DNA from: an uncultured Actinomycetota bacterium
Lineage (GTDB): Bacteria > Actinomycetota > Acidimicrobiia > Acidimicrobiales > Bog-793
DNA length: 64,000 bases
Assembly: GCA_963758515.1 (NCBI GenBank)
Contig: CAVWVO010000001.1
Coordinates: forward strand, 529,110-593,109
Direction: 5' to 3'
This document shows, in pieces, positions 10,638 to 18,878 of this stretch; within the stretch, counting starts at the first letter, position 1; the number at the start of each line of letters is the position of its first letter. Made by a program: the position numbers and the translations under genes. The notes beneath the pieces were generated by a model. That model ran no database searches and was not told the DNA's origin. It worked only from the letters and a program-made list of their open reading frames with translations.

Positions 10638-13412
10638 GTGGAGCCGCGTGGCGCTCCGAGGGGGGCCATCTTGATCAGCCGATATAAAGGTGAGCTTCCG
10701 CGCCCGGCCCGGCTGTGCGTCACCGGTGTCGTGTTTGCCGGGATCGCCTCCACGTCGCTCACGCTTGCGTTCTACGGGCGCCTCGGCTTTGGCCCGAGCC
10801 TCACGCTTGTGGTCATGTCGTCGCTCGTGCTGGCGGGCTGGATCTGGCCGATCCTCATGTACTCGCGGGGATCGTCGCGAGCCTTTCATCTCGACGAGGG
10901 TTATCTGATCGTCATGGCCCTCGTCCTTCCGCCGGCCGGAGCCCTCCTCGCGTTCGTGGTCTCAACCACCGTGGCTCAGGCGGTCAGGCGTCGGACGGGA
11001 GTGAAGTCGCTCTTCAACGTGTCACAGATCACCGTCTCGGCTGCCGCCGGCCTTTTGACCGCCCACCTCCTGGCCGCGCCCGCAGGACGGCTGTCGGCAG
11101 GCGCGCTGGCGGCAGCCGTTGCCGGTGCGTGTGTCTACTTCCTCGTGAACGCGGTCGCACTCGCTGCGATCCTTACAGCGAGCGGAGCGGAAAGATTCTT
11201 CGGCACCCTCACCGACGGAATCGAGAGCCGCCTGCTCCTGCTCGCCGGCGCGGTCGCCCTCGGGCTCGTCTCGGCGATGGCCGTCAGTCACGACCCGGCG
11301 ATGACCCCCCTCGTCATTCTTCCCTTTGTTGCATTCCGCCAGGCGCTGGCCGGACACTTCCAGGCGCGTCACGACCGGAACCGCCTCCTCGGCCTGTTCG
11401 ATGCGACGCTCGAGGTCCACCGGACGATGGGCTCGGAGGAGGTCACGTCGGCTCTGTCACAAGCAGCCTCAGACTTGCTGCGTTCTCCTGACGCCGAGGT
11501 GCGCACAGCCCCGCCCGGGCAACGTCCCGGGATGATGTCGGCTGCGATGACGGGCGGCCCATCGCAACGATGGCTCGTCGCGAGCGGCCGGAGCCGGAGC
11601 GAGCCCTTCGACGCTGCCGATCACGCACTACTCGACGCCCTCGCGGCGCTCGGTTCGGGAGCACTCGAGAACTCCATGCTCTACGAGGACCGCCGCCGCG
11701 AGAAGGAGCGTCTGCTGGCGATCACCTCGAGCCTCGGCGAAGGTGTCCTCGCCTTTGACCGCGAGGCCAAGCTGACCTTCGCCAATCCCGCCGCCGTCGA
11801 GCTCCTCGGCTGGAGCGAATCCGACCTCCTCCTCCGCAGCGCCGCCGCCTCGGGCGACCCGGTGCTTTCGTCGACCGCCCTCCGTTCGATCGACAGAGGG
11901 CTGGCGATCCGCGACGAGCGAGCGCTCTTCCAGCGGCGCGGCCGGGATCCCTTCCCCGTCGAGTTCACCTGCTCGCCGATCGTCTCCGGCACCGGGGACA
12001 CCGCCGGCGCGGTCCTCGCCTTCCGGGACATATCCGAACGCCTCGCGACCGAGGAGCAGCTGGAGTACCAGGCGTTCCACGACGTGCTGACAGGATTGCC
12101 GAACCGCAGGATCTTCCTCGACCGCCTGCAGCAGGCGCTCAAGCGTTCAGCGAGGAGCGACGAGCTCCACACGGTGCTCTTCGTCGATGTGGACCGTTTC
12201 AAGATGACCAACGACAGTCTCGGTCACCTGGCCGGCGACGAGCTGTTGAAGTCAATCGCCGAGCGCCTGAAGGGCCTGGCGCGGGACGAGGACACCCTTG
12301 CCCGCTTCGGTGGTGACGAGTTCATTCTGCTGCTCGAGAACATCGGCACGCTCGAAGGCGCCGAACGGATGGCGGTGAGGATCCTCGAGGCTGTTCGGGT
12401 GCCGATCACGCTGAGCAACGGAAGGATCATCCTCGCCAGCGTGAGCATCGGCATCGCCTTGGCCTCCGCCGGCTGCTCGTCCGATGACGTCCTCCACGAT
12501 GCCGACGTCGCGATGTACGAGGCAAAGTCCCGCGGAATCGGGCGGTACGCGATATTCGACGCCGCCGCCATGGGCAAGCGCTCAGAGGAATGGCTCGATC
12601 TCGAGCTCGGGCTGAAGCGAGCGATCGAGGTCGGAGAGATCTCCGTCGTCTACCAGCCGGTCGTCGCAACGACGTCAGGGCGGATAGTGGGTTCGGAGGC
12701 GCTCGTCAGGTGGGACCATCCCGACAGGGGCCTGCTCTCGCCGGCGACGTTCATCAGCGTCGCCGAGGAGACAGGGCTGATCCTGCCGCTCGGCCGGGTG
12801 GTGCTCGAGGAGGCATGCCGTCAGGCAGCCCGCTGGGCGGTCGGTGCTCCGAACGTGAGCGTTGCCGTCAACCTGTCGGCTCGCCAGTTCCAGCAGCAGG
12901 ACCTCGTGCAAGAGATCGGTTCGGTGCTGTCCGGCACCGGTCTTGCTCCCTTCCTGCTCTGCCTCGAGATCACCGAGACGGTCGCGATGGAGGACATCGA
13001 GCGCACGATCAGGGTGCTCAACGAGCTGAAGGCGCTCGGCGTGAGACTGGCCATCGACGACTTCGGCACTGGCTACTCGTCGCTCAACTACCTGAAGCGA
13101 CTTCCGGTCGACGTGGTCAAGCTGGACCGCAGCTTCATTCAAGAGCTCGACATCAACGCCGTCGACTCGGCGATCGTCTCTGCGGTCATCAATCTTGCCG
13201 ACGCGATCGGGATGATGGCGATCGCAGAGGGAGTCGAGACCGCCGACCAGCTCGAGCGACTCACGAGCCTCGGCTGCCCGATGGTGCAGGGGTACCTGCT
13301 GGCCCGGCCGATGTCGGCCGAGGCGTTCAATGGTCTTCTCGGCCGGCAGGACGCAGGCGGACTGGTTGTCCTCTCGAGGGACGGCACCGGCAGGTCCCTC
13401 GCCATCGCCTGA
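10638..13412 (+). CDS. multi-TM sensor protein with PAS, GGDEF and EAL domains (c-di-GMP cyclase/phosphodiesterase)
   Basis: Intact 924-aa ORF. About 230 aa of hydrophobic helices lie at the N-terminus, followed by a PAS-like segment. GGDEF is literally present (LARFGGDEFILLL). The EAL region shows ...GSEALVRW... and ...DDFGTGYSSLNYL. The exact start is uncertain. Confidence 0.9.
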   Translation: MEPRGAPRGAILISRYKGELPRPARLCVTGVVFAGIASTSLTLAFYGRLGFGPSLTLVVMSSLVLAGWIWPILMYSRGSSRAFHLDEGYLIVMALVLPPAGALLAFVVSTTVAQAVRRRTGVKSLFNVSQITVSAAAGLLTAHLLAAPAGRLSAGALAAAVAGACVYFLVNAVALAAILTASGAERFFGTLTDGIESRLLLLAGAVALGLVSAMAVSHDPAMTPLVILPFVAFRQALAGHFQARHDRNRLLGLFDATLEVHRTMGSEEVTSALSQAASDLLRSPDAEVRTAPPGQRPGMMSAAMTGGPSQRWLVASGRSRSEPFDAADHALLDALAALGSGALENSMLYEDRRREKERLLAITSSLGEGVLAFDREAKLTFANPAAVELLGWSESDLLLRSAAASGDPVLSSTALRSIDRGLAIRDERALFQRRGRDPFPVEFTCSPIVSGTGDTAGAVLAFRDISERLATEEQLEYQAFHDVLTGLPNRRIFLDRLQQALKRSARSDELHTVLFVDVDRFKMTNDSLGHLAGDELLKSIAERLKGLARDEDTLARFGGDEFILLLENIGTLEGAERMAVRILEAVRVPITLSNGRIILASVSIGIALASAGCSSDDVLHDADVAMYEAKSRGIGRYAIFDAAAMGKRSEEWLDLELGLKRAIEVGEISVVYQPVVATTSGRIVGSEALVRWDHPDRGLLSPATFISVAEETGLILPLGRVVLEEACRQAARWAVGAPNVSVAVNLSARQFQQQDLVQEIGSVLSGTGLAPFLLCLEITETVAMEDIERTIRVLNELKALGVRLAIDDFGTGYSSLNYLKRLPVDVVKLDRSFIQELDINAVDSAIVSAVINLADAIGMMAIAEGVETADQLERLTSLGCPMVQGYLLARPMSAEAFNGLLGRQDAGGLVVLSRDGTGRSLAIA

Positions 13413-13469
13413 GAGTCGAGCCCCGTAGGCGCCCCGTCATCTGTGAGACGGCGAGGTCAAAGCCGATGA

Positions 13470-13931
13470 TCAGGTCGGGGCAGGCGGGCGCCCCTCTAGC
13501 CAGCCGACGATCTCGCCGAGGCTGTGCTCGAGGTCACGAGCGGCCGCGCTGTCCCCGTGCGCCCTCAGCGTCGCCGCCTTGCAACGAACTATCGCCACCT
13601 CAGTGTCGAAGGCCGTCCGGGTGCCGGCTCCCTCGCTGCGGTACCTGTCGAAGGTCTCGCAGAGGTCGCGCCCCAACCTGTACATGCGGAGAGGGTCGAT
13701 CCACTCGTGCGCGGCCACGAAAGCCTCGAAGTCGGAGCTCGCCACTGCCGCCTGCTGACCGGTCCCCCCCTCGCGCGCCCACGCCGCCACGAGTGCACAT
13801 ATCCCGTCCAGGCCGTTCGTCTCAAGCCTCAGCAGCTCGTCGTGCTCGAAGCAGCCGCTCCACTCGCATGTGCATCGGGTGCGGGTCGTGATCTTGGTCG
13901 ATGACGTCCGGGTCTGCGTGCTGTTGCTCAC
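13470..13931 (-). CDS. hypothetical protein (no recognised domain)
   Basis: ORF with a GAAGGAGG Shine-Dalgarno 7 nt upstream of the GTG at 13931. Composition looks coding. I recognise no motif. Confidence 0.5.
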   Translation of the reverse strand: MSNSTQTRTSSTKITTRTRCTCEWSGCFEHDELLRLETNGLDGICALVAAWAREGGTGQQAAVASSDFEAFVAAHEWIDPLRMYRLGRDLCETFDRYRSEGAGTRTAFDTEVAIVRCKAATLRAHGDSAAARDLEHSLGEIVGWLEGRPPAPT

Positions 13932-14250
13932 GTCAGTGCCTCCTTCAATGAGGTGGCCGGCGTGCGGGGTCTCGGCAGCAGGCATTCCTTAAGGCCGCTC
14001 GGCTGCCAGTGCGACACAGGCAGCTGTCGGGCTTGATCAATCGGCATCTTAACCATGAGCGGCGGGCGCAGGGCGCTCATAACCCCGACGGATCCAGCTC
14101 GATCGTACCGACGGCCGCCCCCTCGTTTTTACTCAGCTGTTCACCTGGGTTAGCTTCGCCACCAGTGACTCCCCTCGGTGCCGACGGTCTGCAGCTTCGG
14201 GCTGACCGAGGGCGGTACGTTGAGGCTCACGCTGATCTACCAGGAGGTGG

Positions 14251-14900
14251 ATGATGTCCCTTCGCACTCCCGCTATGTCCGAACCGCTCGAGGGGGGGAG
14301 GGACGCCGTCCGGTAGTTCAGGCGGTGGCTGACCCCGCACCCCTCGGGCTTGCTGCATTTGCCATGACGACGTTCGCCCTCAGCGTCTCAAACGCGAAGA
14401 TCTGGGTACCGGGAGCCGACACCGCCCTCGGCCTCGCCCTCGTGTACGGCGGCTTCGCCCAGCTGCTGGCCGGCATGTGGGAGTTCGCCCGGAAGAACAC
14501 CTTCGGCGCCACCGCCTTCACATCCTTTGGGTCTTTCTGGATCACCTATTACGTCCTCGTCAAGTTCGTCCTACCCGGGGTCGTGAAGGCGACGCCTCTC
14601 GACGTTCCCGTGGTCGTCGGAGTGTTCCTCCTCGGCTGGACCATCTTCACGGCCTACATGATCATCCCGTCCTTCCGGGTGTCCGGCGCCGTCGCGCTGG
14701 TCTTCGTGTTGCTGACAGTCACTTTCGTGCTGCTCACGATCGGGGCGTTCCAAGGCCAGGCCACGGTCAACAAGATCGGCGGCTGGACCGGGATCGCCAC
14801 GGCAGCCGCCGCCTGGTATGCATCGCTCGCCGGAGTGACGAACGAGACATTCAAGAAGACGGTGCTCCCGGTCCTCCCGCTCGGCCCGAGAGTCCCCTGA
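14251..14900 (+). CDS. satP: GPR1/FUN34/YaaH-family acetate (succinate-acetate) transporter; apparent 1-nt gap in the G7 run at 14292-14298
   Basis: ADPAPLGLAAFAMTTFALS...YGGFAQLLAGMWEF..NTFGATAFTSFGSFW matches the YaaH/SatP family. AGGAGG (14242-14247) precedes ATG 14251/14254, which is in the +1 frame relative to the main ORF. An alternative in-frame start is GTG 14325. It lies upstream of acs. Confidence 0.8.
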
Positions 14901-14901
14901 C

Positions 14902-14922
14902 GCTCCCCGCCGCGGCGGGAGC
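14902..14922 (+). terminator. GC-rich stem-loop between satP and acs (possible attenuator or processing hairpin)
   Basis: gctccccgccgcggcgggagc forms about 8 bp with one bulge and a 4-nt loop, directly after the satP stop. There is no U-tract. Confidence 0.3.
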
Positions 14923-14955
14923 AGCCTGAAGTCGAAGACAAGGTAAAGGAGCGCT

Positions 14956-16953
14956 ATGAGCGACACGGTGCAGTCAGGTGGCGAGCAGACCCTCTCCGCC
15001 CTCCTCCACGAGATCAGGCACTTCGACCCTCCGGCCGAGTTCGCTGCACAGGCCAATGCACAGCCTGGCATCTACGAGGAGGCGGCGAAGGACCCGCTCG
15101 CATGGTGGGCAGCACAGGCTGAGAGCCTGCAGTGGGACCAGACCTTCGACGAGGTGCTCGAGTGGGACCTCCCGTTCGCGAAGTGGTTCGTCGGTGGCAG
15201 ATTGAACGCCTCGGTGAACTGTGTCGATCGGCACGTCGCCGCCGGGCGAGGCGACAAGGTCGCTTATCACTGGGTAGGCGAGCCCGACGGCGACAAGCGC
15301 ACGATCACATATGCCGACCTGCTCGAGATGGTCTGTCAAGCGGCAAACGCCCTCGTGGAATTGGGGGTGAAGGCAGGCGACCGGGTCGCCATCTACATGC
15401 CCATGATCCCCGAGACCGTCGTCGCCATGCTGGCGTGTGCGCGTCTCGGGGCGCCTCATTCGGTGATATTCGGGGGTTTCTCCGCGGAGGCGCTCGCCGG
15501 GCGCATTCTCGATGCCGACGCCCGTGTCGTCATAACTGCTGACGGCGGTTATCGCCGCGGGTCGGCGGCCGCCCTCAAGGTGAACGTCGACCAGGCATTA
15601 GAGCAGTGCCCCGAGGTCCGGGCCGTCCTCGTGGTCCGGCGGACCGGCCAGGACGTCGGCTGGGAGGAGGGCAGGGACCACTGGTGGCACGACCTCGTAG
15701 AGACCCAGTCGCCCGAGCACACGCCGGAGTCCTTCGACGCCGAGCAGCCCCTCTACATCATGTACACGAGCGGGACGACGGCAAAGCCGAAGGGGATCCT
15801 CCACACCACCGGCGGCTATCTCGTGCACACCTCCACCACCCACCGGTTCATCTTCGACATCAAGCCGGAGACGGACGTCTTCTGGACTGCAGCCGACGTC
15901 GGGTGGGTGACCGGTCACAGCTACATCGTCTACGGGCCGCTCGCGAACGGCACCACCTCGGTCATGTACGAGGGCACTCCTGATGCGGGAGGCCGCGACC
16001 GGTGGTGGAGGATCGTCGAGGACTACAAGGTCTCGATCCTCTACACGGCTCCGACGACCATCCGCACGCTCATGAAGTGGGGAGAGGAGCACCCCGCCTC
16101 CCACGACCTCTCCAGTTTGAGGCTACTCGGATCGGTCGGCGAGCCGATAAACCCCGAAGCCTGGATGTGGTACCGCAAGAACGTCGGCCGTGACAGGTGC
16201 CCGGTCGTCGACACGTGGTGGCAGACCGAGACGGGCGGCATCCTCATTTCTCCCCTCCCGGGAATAACCTCCACCAAGCCTGGTGCGGCCATGTGCCCCT
16301 TTCCCGCCGTCGGCGCCGACGTCGTCGACAACGACGGCCGTTCGGTCGGCAACGGCGAGGGCGGCTACCTCGTGATCACCGAGCCCTGGCCGGGGATGCT
16401 CCGCGGCATCTGGGGTGACCCGGAGCGCTACCGGGAGACCTACTGGTCCCGCTTTCCGGGAAGGTACTTCGCCGGCGACGGGGCGAAGAAGGACGACGAC
16501 GGCGACCTGTGGCTCTTGGGACGAGTCGACGACGTGATGAACATCTCCGGTCACCGGATCTCGACCACCGAGGTAGAGCACGCTCTCGTCGGGGACTCGA
16601 GGGTGGCCGAGGCGGCGGTCGTGGGTGCGTCGGACAGCACGACCGGCCAGGCGATCGTCGCCTTCGTCACCGTGAAGGGCGAAGCGGCTCAGACCCCGGA
16701 GGAGGGTGCGGCGCTCATCGAGGAGCTGCGCAACGTGGTGGCGAAGTCGATCGGCCCCATTGCCAAGCCGCGGCAGATCCTGCTCACTCCCGAGCTGCCG
16801 AAGACGCGGAGCGGAAAGATCATGCGCCGGTTGCTGCGCGACGTGGCCGAGAACCGCGAGCTCGGCGACGTCACCACGTTGATGGACCCGACCGTCGTCA
16901 ATGCCATCAACGAGAAGATGCGCAGCGGCACCGCCGCCGACGACGAGAGCTGA
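14956..16953 (+). CDS. acs: acetyl-CoA synthetase (AMP-forming)
   Basis: Intact 665-aa ORF with the hallmark YTSGTTAKPKGI AMP-binding motif and WWQTETGG. AAGGAG lies upstream of the ATG. Confidence 0.95.
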   Translation: MSDTVQSGGEQTLSALLHEIRHFDPPAEFAAQANAQPGIYEEAAKDPLAWWAAQAESLQWDQTFDEVLEWDLPFAKWFVGGRLNASVNCVDRHVAAGRGDKVAYHWVGEPDGDKRTITYADLLEMVCQAANALVELGVKAGDRVAIYMPMIPETVVAMLACARLGAPHSVIFGGFSAEALAGRILDADARVVITADGGYRRGSAAALKVNVDQALEQCPEVRAVLVVRRTGQDVGWEEGRDHWWHDLVETQSPEHTPESFDAEQPLYIMYTSGTTAKPKGILHTTGGYLVHTSTTHRFIFDIKPETDVFWTAADVGWVTGHSYIVYGPLANGTTSVMYEGTPDAGGRDRWWRIVEDYKVSILYTAPTTIRTLMKWGEEHPASHDLSSLRLLGSVGEPINPEAWMWYRKNVGRDRCPVVDTWWQTETGGILISPLPGITSTKPGAAMCPFPAVGADVVDNDGRSVGNGEGGYLVITEPWPGMLRGIWGDPERYRETYWSRFPGRYFAGDGAKKDDDGDLWLLGRVDDVMNISGHRISTTEVEHALVGDSRVAEAAVVGASDSTTGQAIVAFVTVKGEAAQTPEEGAALIEELRNVVAKSIGPIAKPRQILLTPELPKTRSGKIMRRLLRDVAENRELGDVTTLMDPTVVNAINEKMRSGTAADDES

Positions 16954-17156
16954 GGCTCAGGAACGGCCTTCCTCACGTACCGGCGACAAATGAGTGCGGG
17001 ACCCTGACGTTGTATGATTCTTCCACGGCCGGCTCAGGTCTGAGCCGTGGTACGCGTGACCCGGTCCCTGTCGGGCGTCGACCGCCCCGCACGGACAAGG
17101 AGGCCTCTGTGCCCGCACGCGCTGCACGTCGAGACCGGACTCGGCGTCCCTGAACA

Positions 17157-17888
17157 ATGGCCGGCGAGCGCCTCGGGCGCATTCTTCGGGAGTTGCGGCG
17201 CGCCGGCGCAGTCGGGTCGGAGTCGAGCCGCCTGTGCGCCGTCTGCGCCAGGGTCTCGGCCATGACGGGCGCAGGCATAATGCTCATGTCAGAGGATGTG
17301 CCCTTCGGCTCGGTCTGCACGACTGACGGCGTCGCCGCTCTCATCGAAGAGCTTCAGTTCACCCTCGGCGAGGGTCCCGGCGTCGACGCCTACCTCCAGG
17401 ATCGGCCGGTGCTCGAGCCTGATCTTGCAGACCCGGGGACGGCCCGCTGGTTGGCGTTCTCACCTCCCGTCGTGGCGGCCGGTGCCCGCGCCGCCTTTTC
17501 CTTCCCCCTCCAGGTCGGCTCGGTGCGCCTCGGATCGCTCAACTTCTACAGGGACCGGCCGGGATCGCTCAGCGATGACCAACACGCCGACGCCCTCGTG
17601 CTGGCAGGCGTGGCGGCCCGCGGCGTCCTCACCATGCAGGCGAATGGGCCACCAGGGGCGCTCGCCATCGAGCTCGAGGAGGGCGCCGACTTCCGGCTCG
17701 TCGTGCACCAGGCAGCCGGCATGGTGGCGGCGCAGCTCGACGTGAGCGTCCGGGAAGCCCTGGTCCGGCTGCGCTCGTTCGCCTTTACGAGCGACCGCCC
17801 GGTCTCTGAGGTGGCAGCGGACGTCGTCTTGCACCGGGTGCATCTTGACGACGGCGACGGCAGCCCGCCCGCCTATGCGAGTGGATGA
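17157..17888 (+). CDS. GAF domain plus ANTAR domain RNA-binding regulator
   Basis: The N-terminal GAF-like region contains EELQFTLGEGPGVDA. The C-terminal ANTAR-like helix is VVHQAAGMVAAQLDVSVREALVRLRSFAF. Confidence 0.8.
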   Translation: MAGERLGRILRELRRAGAVGSESSRLCAVCARVSAMTGAGIMLMSEDVPFGSVCTTDGVAALIEELQFTLGEGPGVDAYLQDRPVLEPDLADPGTARWLAFSPPVVAAGARAAFSFPLQVGSVRLGSLNFYRDRPGSLSDDQHADALVLAGVAARGVLTMQANGPPGALAIELEEGADFRLVVHQAAGMVAAQLDVSVREALVRLRSFAFTSDRPVSEVAADVVLHRVHLDDGDGSPPAYASG

Positions 17889-17992
17889 GAACGGAGGTCC
17901 CTGCCGGCCGTACCCGGAAAGCTGCCGCCCGAGAGCCTAGAGTCATGGGAGCCGGCGTCTCGGGCCACGGGAGGAGAGAACATGAGGACACG

Positions 17993-18790
17993 ATGGTGAC
18001 GCGAGAACTGTCGCTCACCCAGACGATGGTTGAGCTCGCCGACACTCTCGTCGACGACTTCGATGTCGTCGACCTGTTCAGCCTTTTGACGGATCGGTGC
18101 GTGCATCTGTTCGGGATCTCGGCTGCCGGCCTGATGCTCATATCCGCCGAGGGGGACCTCCGTGTAGTGGCATCCTCATCCGAGAAGATGCGTCTCCTCG
18201 AGCTGTTCGAGGAGCAAGCCGAAGAAGGTCCCTGCCTCGACTGTTACCGGACGGGCCAGCAGGTCGTGAACCAGGACCTCACCGCGAGCGGCAGCCGCTG
18301 GCCCCGGTTCGCCCCGAAGGCGCTCATGGCAGGGTTCCGATCCGCCCATGCGATGCCGATGCGGCTCCGGCGAGTGGTCATCGGCGCCCTCAACCTGTTC
18401 GGGACGGATCCGGCAGGAATGACGGACGCGGACATCCTTGCCGCCCAGGCGCTGGCCGACCTGGCGACGATCGCCATACTTCAGAAGCGTGCGGCCGCCG
18501 ACGCCCAGATATTGAGCGATCAGCTGAGCCGCGCCCTCAACAGCCGCATCCTCATCGAGCAGGCCAAGGGAATGCTTGCCGAACGAGCGGGGATGGAGAT
18601 GGACCTGGCGTTTTCAGCCCTGAGGGAGCATGCCCGCCGGCACAACCGGCTGCTCGCCGATGTCGCCCGGGACTTCATCACCGGAGCCATTCCGACAACC
18701 GAATTGGCGGTGCGCAACCGAGCCGGGGGGCGAGCACGCCTCCCGCCGGCCAACTCCATTCCTGAGGTAATCCTGCGCCGGAACGAGTAA
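17993..18790 (+). CDS. GAF domain plus ANTAR domain RNA-binding regulator (paralog of the preceding gene)
   Basis: MVELADTLVDDFDVVDLFSLL...EEGPCLDCY is the GAF-like part. ILIEQAKGMLAERAGMEMDLAFSALREHARRHNRLL is the ANTAR consensus. The start is chosen at the ATG following a GGGAGGAGAG stretch. Confidence 0.8.
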   Translation: MVTRELSLTQTMVELADTLVDDFDVVDLFSLLTDRCVHLFGISAAGLMLISAEGDLRVVASSSEKMRLLELFEEQAEEGPCLDCYRTGQQVVNQDLTASGSRWPRFAPKALMAGFRSAHAMPMRLRRVVIGALNLFGTDPAGMTDADILAAQALADLATIAILQKRAAADAQILSDQLSRALNSRILIEQAKGMLAERAGMEMDLAFSALREHARRHNRLLADVARDFITGAIPTTELAVRNRAGGRARLPPANSIPEVILRRNE

Positions 18791-18878
18791 AGTCGTCACA
18801 GAGCAGCTTTGGAGAGGCTCGTCGAGACCCCGCGAGCGCACCGCCGGCACCGGTGGCGCGAAGGCAGGGAAAGGCTGG

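Noticed and set aside
10116-10889. Alternative readings of the 15-bp repeat (RRGLE, TARPG/TARLG and antisense FQASP repeats)
   Set aside because: The inter-copy nucleotide differences are non-synonymous in these frames (L/V, Q/H) but all synonymous in the GEAWN frame. Only the GEAWN frame has an RBS plus a signal-peptide-like N-terminus.
14170-14215. Riboswitch in the satP leader (long-range stem ccctcggt...accgaggg with an inner cagc-ttcgg-gctg hairpin)
   Set aside because: The structure is plausible but matches no riboswitch class I recognise. It also overlaps an open frame that may be the N-terminal extension of the ORF.
8112-14250. Genomic island integrated at the tmRNA 3' end
   Set aside because: The content looks accessory (serine hydrolase, repeat protein, GGDEF-EAL, orphan ORF). 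I found no integrase and no downstream direct repeat of the tmRNA 3' end, so mobility is unsupported.
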